DNA of 63,044 nt, filler included, from Hyphochytrium catenoides (taxonomy: Eukaryota > Protista > Hyphochytriomycota), in the NCBI GenBank assembly GCA_900088475.1. It is 10 parts of 10 records of this genome, joined end to end, with 100 filler letters (N's around TTAATTAATTAA, not from the genome) between each part and the next. Parts side by side here need not be neighbours in the genome. Positions count along the whole stretch, not along the records: positions 12,026 to 29,642 come from FLMG01000820.1; positions 29,743 to 35,471 come from FLMG01003924.1; 8 more parts are not named here. One strand, given 5' to 3'. Below are positions 21,634 through 35,190 of this stretch, one piece after another. The position numbers and the translations under genes were made by a program. Below the pieces are notes generated by a model, which had not been told where the DNA came from, made no database searches, and saw only the letters and a list, made by a program, of their open reading frames with translations. Positions within the stretch are counted from its first letter, which is position 1, and every line of letters begins with the position of its first letter.

Positions 21634-24600
21634 TACTTCTTTCTCTCGTGAGTGGCCTCAATCGCCCTAACGGTGACAGCTTTCGTCAATTATTGGTCAA
21701 TAATTTATGCCTAGGAGCTCTTTCTGGTCGCCCCGCGAGAAAGGAGAGCTCCGCTTCACTTGTTACCCACCACTAGTAGGCTACACGTCCAAGTGTGATG
21801 ATCGAGTCGAGTGGGTGCCGTCGTCGGGAAAACAAAATAACGTCAAGGGAATTGAGAGACTAGAGACAACAACATGGAGGTGAACTTTGTCCTTCTTGAC
21901 TCTCCGATTCTCTCCATAATGATGAGAACGCTCTTCTGCATTGTACCAGGTCCTCCTATCTTTGTACTCCCCTCTGTGGCGAACTCCTCTATCTTTGTTT
22001 TTCAGCTCCCAGCCACAGGGTTTCTCTCTTCTTTCTGCTCGTCCATTCCATTGGAGGACGGAGGGATGACTCTTCTTGTTCCGTGCGTGGTGGTGGACTC
22101 ACCCACTGACCCAGCTTCCCACCATCATCATCTTCAGAAGCCTTTCTTTGGCTTCTTCTCAGCATCGTGGTGCTTCCACCTCCGCAGGTCATCATCAGTC
22201 TACAGCGGGCAGCACAGAACGATAAGAAGGAAGGTCATCGCTTTCAATCATCCGCAGCATGATTCTCCTGCCTGCCTCCTCCCGCCTGCCTGCCTCCTCC
22301 CTCTATGTACGCTCCCGCCCACCAACTTGTATTGTACATGACAGAAGAAGGCGAAACATTGTCAAATGTTTCATTTCTCCGTGTTGCTTTCACTTAGATA
22401 CTTCTTGAAACATTGCATCATCCAATCTTTCAGTGGAGGTTTATATCAGAATCAGCCTCTCACCTTCCACTGGCGAACACATCAGATGCCCCACAAAGAA
22501 GGGAAGGGAAGGGAAGCAGGGGAAGCGGAGTAGTAGTTGTTCTCTTAGTGGTGCTGTTTACCCTGCTTACATACTATCTAACATAGTGTTGGACAAACAG
22601 CAGCTTCGGTCTTTCTGCGTCAAGAGCTTTTTGTTAGATTCTATCCATAGGAACAGCGAATAGAGAAGTTCATCAGTCATTAGGGATGGCGGTAGGGTAG
22701 GACAGTGGGGGAGGAGCATCAGCCAGCCCAAGCAAGACAGTCTGGGAAGTGGAAGGCTTGGGCTTCCACCGCGAAGTAAAGGCTAGAGTTCTACCACCAC
22801 CACCAAGCTGTTCAAATACTTCTTCTTCCTACCTCTCTATCTGCCTGTCAACCATCATCCCCAAGTCACCTGCAGCGATGGCCAATCGCCCTTCAGCACT
22901 TGGAAGACGAAGTCTCTTGGCCAGTGAAGGCGGACTTGCTGGCTCCAGATTCCACCAATAGCGTTCCTGCATGGGACTGACTGTGCATATTCTCAACTTT
23001 ATCAGTTCTACAAGCGAAAATCCTCCTCCTCCTCCCTGGATTCCCTGGAGATTGAGAAGAAAGAAAGTGTTACAAATAATATTCTTATTGATGAGTCAAC
23101 AACGAGAAGGGGAAGCGCCGATCTTCTCTAGAGAACTGAAAGATGGATGATGATAGGACAAAAAAAACTCGTTTCCCTACCTTCAGCGAACTACTGGGAA
23201 GTCAGTGAGCATGATCACAGACCACCATTCTTCATCAAAGAAGAGGCAGGTAGTAGCGCTCATCTGCAGCAAGAGCCCAAGCAATAAAATGTAAGGAAGA
23301 ATCGGCTTCCACCTTTCCGGGACGTAACTGTTGTTACTGTCGGTCGCCCTTCTTCGTATGATTGTTAAACAAAGAGAACTAGCGCAGAGATCCACAGAAA
23401 CAACGTCTCTGCGCTGGGTAGATCGATCAGATATATACGGGTAGCACAATCAATTAGATCCTCCTGCTGAAGTGCGCAGACCGCCTGACGGTGTGCATGG
23501 TAAATGCTTGTTGTTGCTGCCCAGGCATGTTTAAACTAGGCGGGCGGTGTTGATGGTGGGTACATATCCTCTTCAGTTCATCAGTGCCATACAGATCATC
23601 CAGAAGCATTTTGATGAGGAAAATATTAGCTGCTGCTGGAGCATCATCATCGATCGGGCCCTCCTCCCTCACTACTACCACCAAGTAGAGGCGGACTAGT
23701 AATAATGGGTCTTCTCTGTGGCTTGCTCAACTCATAATCACCATCGATGATCTTCACACATGCTCTCAATAGATATCTTCCAGTCGCGGTCGTCTACTAC
23801 TTGGGGGCACCAGAAGAGTCAGATGGCTTTAAGCTTGTGGTAAGTTGTTGAATGGTGACGTCGTCTGGGTTGACCATGATGGGAGCTTCGAGTGAAATGT
23901 TGACATCGTTGACTCACTCGGTCTTGTTGTAGACGGCCTAACCGTGCCCATTTCTGTTTTTCTTGATGACGTTCGCTGTTGTTTGCCACCAAGTGCCTTC
24001 CATTGTCTCTGATTGAGTATGCGCTTCAGATAGAGCCTTTATTAGATAGATACGATGATCCTCCTCCATACTACTCTTCACAGTTCTTCCGTGACGAAAG
24101 GAGGGCTGTGGATGAGCACCACCAGGAGTACTTTGATGAAGGCAGAAAGAGTTGACACCTCATCGTCATGGGACCTGTGTTCTAGTAGCTGTGGAAGGAA
24201 GATATAATGCTAGACTTTTTTGCTTCGGTTTTCTTATTTGAGGACTGGAACGACTTACTACCAGATCTCCGCACCTAGCAGCAGTACTCTAATGATTTTT
24301 TAAGAAAGATCCTTGCAAGTGCCTCTGCGATTCGATTGCGGATAAGAAAGAAGAAGGAGGAGGATGATGTTCTTCACTAGGACCTCTTGTTGAAGACAAG
24401 CCATCATCATTATCGTCATCGCTGCCCAACAACATCGTCAGCATCAATAATGCGACGACAAGCAAGAAGACAAGTTTACTAGTTCCCGCACCCAGCAAAA
24501 ACAAAGAAAATGAACGTGCAATCGCCTTTGCCAGTCAATTGGAAATAAATAAGGAGGAGGAGGATGTTCTTCATCACTAGCGAACACCTCCTCTATTATT

Positions 24601-25210
24601 TTTTGATGACTCTTCATCTTTCATCATCATTCGTTCTATTCAACCATCGCTGCTCGCCAGCACCATCGTCAACAATGCGGCGGGAAGGAAGAAGAAGAAG
24701 AAGACACGTTGGTTGGTGCTTACTACTTTATTACCTTCTTCCTACTCGATGGCGAAGGAGGGTCGTAAGGCCTTAGTATTATTCTGCTGGTGATGTCAGA
24801 GCAGAAAGTACGTGTTACTTTGCCCAAAGACTTGTACTCTTCCCCTTCCCTTCTTCATTATTATTGCTTGAAGAGTAAAAGTCAGCTGATGAGTGGGTAC
24901 TTCGACGGTATAAACCATGTTGAAAACTGCAGACTTATTATAAGTAAGGCCATGGCCTGACATACATACGTCGTATGTTGTGCTAGATACTTGCATGTGA
25001 CGGGCCTACTTGTACTTGTACTTACAATAATGCTGGGGCACTGCTGCCCTGCCTTTCTGCGGCTGCTGCTTTGCTGAGACGAAGGACGAAGAAGGAGGAG
25101 AACAACGCGCCAAGATCGGTCTCCGGTCGGAAGATCGGCGGCAACAACGGCCGCAGAGAGAGAGTTGCCCTACAGGTGTTACATCCATCGACCCTACCCC
25201 GACGGCCATC

Positions 25211-26781
25211 ATGGAGCTCGGGGCCTGCCTGGAGGCCCTGCGGCAGAGGCAGCTCTCTCGGGATCCTGCTAGTAAGTAGCTTCCTCCTCTCGCCCTCCTC
25301 TCCTTCCTCTCCTCTCTTCGACCGTAAGTCTGCTCTACCACCGCTTTTTCCGCTCTTCCGCCGCTTTTTCTGCTCTTCCGCGGTTTGCAGCCTTCTTCCT
25401 CTGACCATGAGTTTCCGACTGACACCACGCTAAAGCGATCGAGGGCCAGCAATGCGCGGCTCAAGAAGAGGCCGCTGAAGTCGCAGGCAATGGTCTTTCC
25501 AGGTGAGGGATTTGGCGCCCGCAATCACTCAGCTCGCTGAGCATGGTGAAGCACGGCAACAACGGAAGTTCATTCTCTTAACTCTTTTCGCATCCGATTC
25601 ACACCTCCTGCGCCATGCTGTCCTTTACTAAACATTTTCCTCTAGCATTAGCCTCTTACAGCCGGAGAAGAGTGTCCACGACCAGCAGCAGCAGCAGCAA
25701 GAGCCCATGCAGCATCAAGACCTGAAGATGGCAGTGCGGCAATTTATTGCTCTGCAGGGGCGGAGAGCCGAGATATACAACGATTTTGAGAGGTACGGGC
25801 CGTTTGCCTCCTTGGACCTTTCTTTCTATTTCTTCTTTCTCTTCTGGTCTCCTGCTGTCTCTCCTGCCTCCGTAACCTCTCTACACTGCAGGAGCTTTCA
25901 CACTCGTCCGCTGTCTCTTGATCTTACTGAAACTGTTCCCTGCAGAAGGTTCCAAGCGCTTGCGAGCACGGCGGAGATGGATGCCCGATATCCGCCATTA
26001 TGTAAGCAACGAAGCAACAGACTGGAGGGCGGGAGTATGGCCAGCAACTCTGGAGCAAATGCTCATTTACCATTATGTTCACTTTCTAATGTCTCTTTCT
26101 CTTCTGGGATTTTGCTCGCTCCCTTCTCCCTCTTCTTGGAAGGCCAGGAAGTCACCCTCAAGTTCCAGACTGTCAGTGAGGGGATAAGAGGGTTGGAGGT
26201 GAGGGGTCTTCACCTTGCCTTTGTCTTCTCCTCTCTGGACTGCTGTCGCTTTCCTCTCAAAGAGCTGTCATTTCTGGCACTGAGTTCTTTAGCTTACCTC
26301 TGCTCCATGTTATTCCTAGCTTTAATTCACTTACGAAATCTAGACGACGATGGCTCCTGGTCGTTTGCTGAACTCTTTTGATGCCGCTCTAACTCTATAA
26401 TAACTCTGTGACACAGACTTCTCTTAGACAGCGGGAAGGGGCGGAAGCCGTCGTGAGTCTAATTCGCCAAATCCAAGAGCTAGAGGCTGATCACCTTCAG
26501 AAGGTAGCCCAGGCATTCCACCGCTGCAAAGTCATCACTCTCTTCCCTCATTTTGTCCATCCGCCTCCGTTGAGCATGACCTAAGTGAAATGTTGCAGAC
26601 AGCCGCAGCCCATGTGGACAGATATCGTCTGATGCTAGCCTCGGAGAAGGGAGAAGGTGAACTAGAGACGGGACAACTGGGGCAAAGCGTGAGGAAGCTG
26701 CGAGCGGACCGCGGGACGGTTACCGCACGAATCAACGAGCTTCTGGAGGAGCTGCGCGTCGAGTTCTACGACGATTATTAG
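25211..26781 (+). CDS. REX1B: REX1-B (required for excision 1-B) domain protein; exons 25211-25271, 25436-25502, 25652-25792, 25946-26001, 26143-26198, 26417-26503, 26599-26781
   Basis: Spliced translation VRQFIALQGRRAEIYNDFERRF...YPPLCQEVTLKFQTVSEGIRGLE...LIRQIQELEADHLQKTA...INELLEELRVE matches the REX1-B pattern. The first two exons are tentative. Confidence 0.75.
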
Positions 26782-27222
26782 ACGGCGAGGAGTAGGAGGA
26801 GAAACACACGAGAAGCCAAGGGCTTAAAATACTGACGGACAAGAAGGGAAAGGAGAGATAGTCGTTCAAAAGGGACAAGGAGAGGTCTGTTCTTGAGTTG
26901 TTATAGTTTATTAGCCTCACAGCCCTACGAGAGGGAAGACATGTTCAGAGGCGGCTCAGCGGAATCTCTAGACTAGGAAAGGAATTACATCGGGCGCTCT
27001 AACACCGCTTAGAGGAAAGAACGAGCGAGACAATGGGGCGGCGGTAGACAAGAGAGCGAGAACAGTGATGTGGAACTCTCACAGGGACAGACTTTGAATT
27101 TTCTATGATAGCCGCAGATGGGCACTCCGCCCCTTTCTACTTCTGTCTTCAGGTTCGTTGCTGCCAGACTATTAACACAAAAGGCAATTCAAGATATATC
27201 TTAACTACTTTGAGAAGCCTAA

Positions 27223-27632
27223 CAGGCTGAGGTTTTTGGCCTACCTACTTAGACAGAAAAAGAGGTGGCGAGAGAGGATCAAGAGGAAGAGGAACAGGGA
27301 CTGCATGTTATCCTGGAGATGCAGGAGAGGTTGCTTGGAGGAAGAAGAAACAAAGAGGAGAAAACGGAGATCTCTGTGCGCCTGTGAAAACAGTGGACCA
27401 AGACAAGAAACCTCATAAAAAGGGGAAGGCTATCAGGCTGCTGAACTTGTTGGTCTACCTACTTAGACAAAAAGGAAGTGGTGCGAGAGGAGCAAGAGGA
27501 ACAGGGACTGCATGTTATCTGGAGATGCAGGAGATTGCTTGGAGGAAGAAGAAAGAGGAGAAGACGGAGATCTCTGTGCGCCCGTGGAAACAGTGAACCA
27601 AGACAGTAACCCTCATAATAAGGGGAAAGAGC
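27223..27632. repeat. Diverged tandem duplication, about 205 bp x2
   Basis: ctacctacttagaca...gaggaacagggactgcatgttatc...ggagatctctgtgcgcc...cctcataa occurs twice in tandem. Confidence 0.85.
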
Positions 27633-28397
27633 CAACGGAGGATTGACTGCAGGCGATATGCAGAAGAGCAAGAACCCCCCACTGCTGCAGGTGACATAGA
27701 AGGCATACGAGCAGAACAGCTAGAATGAAAGGGTATACTGGAGCGTTTTGCCAAGAAGGGCTCACATGCTGACACTGTGCCAGAACGGTGTGGCCGTTAC
27801 TTAGGATGCGCAGCTTGTCTTCTATCTTGCCATCAACTAACCATCAGCCCTCCTCTCCTCCAACTGTCCTACCAGGACTCTCTCTGGCTTTCAAGGTGAA
27901 GCACCTGAATAAATGAATGGTTGCGAGAAAGGAGAAGGAAGGAAGGGACGCAAAAGTCATCACTACGGCTCTTCGAAAACCAGGATGCAGCTTCTTGGTG
28001 GCGGTCTGAGGAGCTAACTTTGGAAGAACCACTGGACGTCGGCTAAGTCTGAACAACAGAAGGAAACTCATTAGCGCCAGATGCAGCAAGGGCCAAAGGA
28101 AGGACGAAAGCAGCAGGTCCATTAAGAAAGAGAGAAGCTGTAAGACCGGAAGGATAGCCTGGAGAGTTGGTGAGGTGATAGGCGTAGAAACTATGTCAAT
28201 GTAAGCAACGTCAGGGCGAGGTCCTGCATCACGCATCAATCACACGGATTGGTGGCCGCCAGGCGAAGCTACAGACCGCTCCTCTGTCCATCTTCCTACC
28301 GTTGGACTTCCCACCCCGTTAGTGTGGGACTGACGACTGCACAAGGGATCGGACAGGCCATCACACCGCTAGAGAGCGAGAGGGGAAAGGGAGCGTG

Positions 28398-28446
<49 letters not shown>

Positions 28447-31120
28447 GAGGAAGAAAGAGCAAGGTAGAGTCAATAAAGAGAGTGATGGTCCTGCCCAGTT
28501 CTCAGGTCAATACTCTGGACCGAAACTATGGCACATTACCGACCTTACCACCAAGCACTATACGCACGCACCTCGCACAAAAGATAGTAGCTGAGCTCTT
28601 GCCGACTTTAGTGACGGCTTTTGGTATCCAGGTTGTACCCAAGCCAAATTACGAAGGAAGTTCGTGTTTTTTCTTCTTGTCTAGAGTTCCTGGACCGAGG
28701 CATGCACGCTGCACAAGGAAACATACACTTCTGATAGGCCAAGTTGGCTGAGAGAAATAATAAGAAGGGGGAAAGAGGAAACATGCAACGGAGATACAGA
28801 AGCAACCAAGACCTTAGACGGGAGCACGTGGAACAACTTCAGCCAGGCACACTTTCGTAAAGTTAGTGTGTCCCTTGAAGGCAGAGCTCAAAACTCAGAT
28901 CGCTTGGTCGATCTTTCTTTCTCTGTCGATCATGGGACTGGAAGGGTCCATCATCATGGGTCTCCCTCCTTCCTGATGTGATGCCCTGCCCATCTCCTTC
29001 TCTATGCTTTTTCCTATAACTTCTATAAGCTTCCCTCTACTCTTCTTAGCCGACAGCGAGTGACTTTTTGGAACCGCCGCTTGGCTGTTGTCTGTTATAG
29101 AGAGCGAAGTAGACTATACCTGGTCCCTGAAAATATTCATAAAGGCAGGGGGAGGACAAGAGCCAAGGGATCCTAGACGCCAGCACATCCGCTACTAGAC
29201 CGATAATGAGAAGATAAAGCTTCTTCTAGGTATAGCGCTAGTAGTAAGAGACAGAGCGGGAAGAGATAAGGACCCCAAGGGGCAGAGCCAGCTGGGGTTG
29301 GACGATAGCGCGAGGAATTATTAGTTAGGCGGAGAGAAAAAGGGTGAGCAGAGAACTGGACAAAAGCGTGGCTTTCCAACAGCGAATCAGGTGACATCTC
29401 ATGGCGATAGCGCAAGACAGAGAGGAAGGATATGGAATAGTGAATGGGAGAGATACCAGTAAAGAAATGAGCTTTACTATACAAGTTTGGAGACAGAGCG
29501 TACTCTGATAAAGACAGAGTTAGCCTAGACATGTTCTGGGAGGGGAAGAGATCAAAGAAAGAAGGCGGAGGAACCAAAACCTTTCTAGGATGGGTGGGCG
29601 GCGAGTGAATGTCGACAGTCTTTGAAAATGACCGGCCATCCCNNNNNNNNNNNNNNNNNNNNNNNNNNNNNNNNNNNNNNNNNNNNTTAATTAATTAANN
29701 NNNNNNNNNNNNNNNNNNNNNNNNNNNNNNNNNNNNNNNNNNTCGGAAGCACCTCCGGTTGATTCAGTTTCCATCAGCCACACCGACAGAAGCAATAATA
29801 GCTTTCCCTAGCGATGCGATGAACCAGATTGGACCCGTGGTCCAAATTGTCCACCACGTGGAACATAAATATGAGGGTTCAAGAGACCTAGGAGTAGGAA
29901 GAAGTAGGAAGCTTCTGCGAAGTGCGGGCAGTGGACAAAGTCACAAGGAGAAGGCAGGAAGGAGGGTTGGTTAGTTGTGGGCAGAGGAGGGAGCGCTTAT
30001 GATGAGGGCGGCATGGTTTTCCCACTTTCTGACGGGGGGGGTGAGTGGGTTTTTCGTCCAGCCTGAGGCGCAAGTGAATTGTTTGTTAAGAGTTGTTTGT
30101 GTTGTAAGTAAGTAAGTCACTGTGTTTGGAAGTCAGGATTACTTGGAAAGAACCGTAAGTTGGGACCGCCGTGTAGGGGGGGTTGAAATCCCCGCAAGGG
30201 ATGGGGAGGGGGAGAGTTTTGGGGGGGGGCGTGTGGTGAACTACGTTCCCCTACCCAGCCAACAACCCCTTCACCCATCCATCCCAAGTCTCTGGGAGCC
30301 TCAGGACCATTCAGGCTCTCCAATACCAAGTACAAGTACTGTATCGTATAAGCTTGTTAATATCACTTAGTAATTTCCCCGTCACCAGACAAGTCTCAGA
30401 CATCTGACCCATATAATACTACATAGAGAACAAAGTCAACAAATGAAAATGGGATGGGGTGCAAGAAAATGGAAGGACAAGACATACAGTTCAGTTCGAA
30501 CCATAAATAAAATCTGGAAAACATGGGCTTCTAAAAAGAATAGGTGTGATTTAGTTATCTATAAGAAGTACCTGACTGGTTATCTGTCAGTGATGACTAA
30601 GCGCCATTTATCCTTTCCAACTCACTCGCGGACCACTATTACTATTATGCGGTAAGAGTCCTAGATCTGAGTATCCGACGGTCTACAGTATTGGTGAACG
30701 CTGTTGTAATTGACCTTCCCAAACGGTATTATTACTGCCTTCAGAATATCCCGTGATGGAAACCTCGCCTTTTGCACCAAAAGAAACACATAAAATCGTG
30801 CTCAGAATCCCGAATGCCTTTTGAGAGAAGCTTCAGAAATAGCGTCAGAAAGCTTCAAATAGAAGCTGCAGAAATATCAAGATAAGCGTCAGCACGCCTT
30901 TACGGAAAGGCTCAGAAGAGGTCTAGATAAGTTATAGCTCCAGAAGATCTCATCCATTAAACCGTGAAAGGTCCTTAATCCAGAGGACGTTCAAGTGAGC
31001 TTTTCTCTGAGGTCAGCAGCGGGTAGCACTCGGCTGGGTTTACGACCTGCAGAGTGGATAAAGCAGTACACCCTACTTGTCTGCTGACTTGTTCTCAAGC
31101 GTTGGTGATGATATTAGACA

Positions 31121-33242
31121 ATGGCCGACACCTTTGAGCCATCCGATGATAATGAGAGGAGACGCAGGCTTACTATCCTTGCTGACGGACCCATTCCAGA
31201 TGTCCAAGAAAACTCTGAAGAAACCCCTGGTTTACGGCGACGCCTTTCTTGGGTAGGAGGACACCAACCTGGAAGGATCCCCGAGAACGATGGTCTCGAT
31301 GGCGATACATTTCAGGTATGATTGTTAGCATAAAGTATGTCTACCTACAACCATTTGAGGGGTCTCCCTCACGGGTGCTTTGGTGGTTTGGCTCGCTCTA
31401 CTGATGCTTTCCTATTTCTGGTTCGGTTGCACATCTCTTATGTACCTCCTCTCGGTCTTGACCTCTTCCTTAGCTGCAGCTGGCTCCATGTCCATCAGCC
31501 TCCCGGTACTTCACGTACATACATGCCATCTTTGCGCTAACCTGCATATGCTTTCTTTCTTGGCAGACCCAGTCCATGAAAATGCGGGTTGGAGCTGTTA
31601 GTAGGCCTGGTAATGATCCAATGAAGAGGAGAAAGGAAAATCAGGACTGCTACTGCGTGCACGATCGCTTCAATAATGTGAGAGCGTTGTAGCCTCTTCT
31701 TTCTAAGCGGTCTCAGTAGCCGGCAGGCTGGAAGCTTCCTCTTTCTTGTCTTGCATCTAGATCGGTCTCAGCGGTACCTACTCTAATTTTCCTGATTGCA
31801 ATATAGAGGGACGACCAGATATTCCTCTCTGTTTTCGACGGCCATGGCCCGAACGGCGGTTATGCCAGTCACTTCGTGAGGGATCATTTGCCTGAAGAGT
31901 ATTTGGCAATAGGTGAAGACATGCAGGCCAACCCGGCTGAGGTCATGAGAATCGCTTCACTGAAGGTAGGGGGGTTTTCCTCGCTTGTCGCTCGTTTCAT
32001 GAAGCAGCTAGTTTCATTCCTGACTTGCAGCTTGCTATTTGTCCTAAGTGTAGCCCTATTCATATCGAAGACTTTGCTTTCCTACAGGATGCTAACACGT
32101 TTCATCCAACAACTTTATCTCTCTTCGTTCTCTCCTCTTTAACTGTCTCTCGCCCTTCTCTCTCGCTCTTCTCGTTCAACATAAATACAGACTGCTCTTC
32201 GACTGACAGAGAGTGACATCAACGTTCACGTTAGTGGAACGACAGGCATCACCTGTTTGATCCAAGGAAACAAAGTCTGGGTAGCCAACGTGGGAGACAG
32301 TCGAGCTGTGCTAGGGAGAAGAGATCCCCAGACAGGAAAACTAGTAGCTGTCGAGCTGTCAAGTGACCATAAGCCGGGTAATTGACTTACACACCCTTCT
32401 CTGTCTAGCTGCTCTTTCTCGCCTATTCCGTATCACTCTTTCTAACTGTTATCTAGCTTTCTTGTGCTCGTCTTCCACCTCTTCCTTCTGTTATCTTGTC
32501 CGTCTGTTCCAATATGTCCTCATTTTTCAGCTTGTCACTTGTTATTTATAATTCCCCTCTTGTCCTCATTTTTTAGCTTATCACTTGTTATTCATCATTC
32601 CTCTCTCCCTCTTCCACCCTCAGACCGGCCGGATGAGCAAGCTCGTATAGAGAACTCCGGAGGAAGAGTCTTCGAATGGGGAGTGCCGCGCGTGTGGTTA
32701 AGAGACGTTGGGATGCCCGGCCTAGCCATGTCTAGATCCTTTGGGGATCTAGCAGCGGAGACAGTAGGAGTATACGCAGAGGTAGGTAGAGCACTTCCGA
32801 TCTGCAGAAGACCAGGGAAAATCTGAGAGGGACGGTTTTGAGACGTCAAAGTAGAAAGTGGCCTTGGGCATGGGGAAGAAGGCGAGAGTGTAGTGGATTA
32901 GGGGAGAGAGGAAAGGCGGTTAAAGCTAACGACTACATCTCTCACTTTGTGTCTCCCTTATTTTTCTTCCAGCCTGAGATCCGTTCCGAAGTGCTCACGG
33001 ACCAAGATCTCTGTCTCGTCCTCGCTAGCGATGGGATCTGGGAATTCATGTCCTCTCAGGATGTCATCGACTATCTCTCTCCCCTTCTTCAAGGAGACCC
33101 TCAAGAGGCCTGCAGGAAGCTTGTACTTGAAGCGATAGATAGATGGAGGAAGGAGGAAGAGGTCATTGACGATACGACGGCTATCGTGGTATTTTTTGAC
33201 AGATCAGGAAAAGGAGACAAGGCAACTGAAGGCTCCTCTTGA
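31121..33242 (+). CDS. PP2C/PPM family protein phosphatase; exons 31121-31315, 31567-31677, 31807-31965, 32191-32377, 32624-32781, 32973-33242
   Basis: [54 protein letters not shown] and DDTT motifs in phase across GT-AG introns. Confidence 0.93.
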
Positions 33243-33736
33243 GTTTGAGCAACTCTTTATCCTTCTGTTCCTGTCGCAGACAGATGTACATACTCTAGCA
33301 GCTCTTTATGGCCGCTCTCCCGCATCTCTCTCTCTCTCTCTCTCTCGTTTTGGTTTTTTCTCTATTAGCTTTCGCCTTACTCCTCTGCTTTCTTTCCAAC
33401 GTTTTTCTTTCTCATGGCCCACAATCTTGTGACCATTGATGATTAGTAGTACCTTTAGTGCATTTGTGCACTGCCTCTCTAATACCAATCAGCACTAGCT
33501 GCTTTTTCCTTTTCGCCTTTCCACTGTCTCTTTCTCTCAAACCTCATTTGTCTCATTGTCGCGTCATCTCGTGACCTCTTCTCTCGCTGTATCTCGCTCT
33601 TGGTGTCTCTCTCCTTCCTTGGGCTTTGGACGGCTTCGCCCACGACAATAGGGGCGTCTCCCTGTAGTGCCACCGACCAAAGTGCTAGCTCTGCCTTGCT
33701 CTCTTCTTCCTCTTCCCAGATGCCTCTTTCTTTCTC

Positions 33737-35190
33737 TCACCACCGCTCGGTCCAAGGACGAACTTGACGAGACACAAGAACGAGGGAAGGACAGATTTAA
33801 GGTAGGCAGCAGTCAGTGCAGAGAGTCAGCTGTCACTGACTTGAAGAGAGAAGAAAAGAGGATCAGGAAAAGATGAAAAATGAAGAAGTGAAGACAGAGA
33901 AAGCGACCTCGAGAAGACGTGGAGAGAGAGAGAGAGAAACAAAGATAGGGTCAGTTCAGATTTCAGGAAAAGGAAGAGGTTTCAGCAGTAAGAAACAGCG
34001 GGGTATTGGCAGCAAGAGCCAAAAGAGAAAGAGACGAAAGGCCTACCATCCACTTCCCACGTCCATGCCGAGCGATGTTGACTATGAAGCTGAAAGTAGA
34101 GTTCTGCCACGTGCTCTGGGAGGATCAGCCCATCCTGCAGAGGGATAGAGAAAAAGAGGAGAGAGAGACAGAGAGAGAGAGAGAGAGCTCTATGAGGCTG
34201 TTTAATGCTACGGCAGAGATCACAGAGAGAGCTAATAAAGACAGTGACCAAGGAGAAAGAGGAACATAGTGAGTATGAATGCCGGCAAAGGGTTTAGGGA
34301 AGAGAGAAAGAGAGAGAGCGAGAGGAATAGGAAGCTGTACAAGAAGAGCAGGTGCTGGAAAGGGGCCAAGCAGCAATTAAGGGAGATGGCGTACAGAAGG
34401 ACCCAAAGCCAAGATAAATTAATCTTCTTCGGACTGCTCACAAATAAACGAGAGAGAGAGAAGGAGAGAGAGAGAGGAGATGCCCACTCGAAGAAGAGAG
34501 AGAGAACCTTCTCTAACATCTCTTCTGCTCCCTGAAGGTTCTCATGTATCCAGGGTGTGTCCACTGCCCCGTCCAGAACAATATGAGAGACATGAATCCC
34601 TTGCGGACCCAGCTCACGAGCCATTGACTGAGAGAGAGAGCGAAGCGCGTGCTTCGCCCCAGAAAAGGCTGAGAAACCAGCGGATCCCCGGACAGCTAAC
34701 AGTTATAAATATACGGGAGAGAGAGAGAGAAACGTGAGAAGACGATGGAAGAAGCAGCAGGACGCAATGGAACGACAGGGTAGAGCATTGTCGACCAGCG
34801 AACTTTTGCATGAAGAGGAGGCGCTTACACTGAGAGAGAGAGAGACAAAAAGAGACAGAGCTGGAAAAGAGAGAGACAGAGAAGAGAACAGAGAGAGAGG
34901 GAGGAAAAAAAAAGAGAGAGAGCACCTCGTCGAAAGGCACAACGCTTAAGACACCCATCTAGGCCGACTTAAGTGAGACTACGACGGATACGTGGGAGAG
35001 AGAGCGGCCCAGAGAGAGACAGAGAGAGAGAGCAAAAGAAGGATAGAGACGGGGAGAGAGAAAGGTAGCTGAGTCACGTCATACAGGCGGTTGCTCCGGT
35101 GAAGAGAATTGTGCCCTTCTTTCTCTCCAGCATTCTCTTGGCGACCTCTCTTCCCATCAAAAATCCTGAAAAGCAGGCCATTTCCCACAC
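33737..35190 (-). CDS. Short-chain dehydrogenase/reductase, 5'-partial; exons 35190-35085, 34695-34508, 34134-34047, 33762-33737
   Basis: VWEMACFSGFLMGREVAKRM..GTILFTGATASVRGSAGFSAFSGAKHALRSLSQSMARELGPQGIHVSHIVLDGAVDT...QHRSAWTWEVDVRPWTERW*. Confidence 0.88.

Noticed and set aside
27800-30400. Possible degenerate transposon or G-rich structured element
   Set aside because: No termini, TSD or protein motif could be identified by eye.
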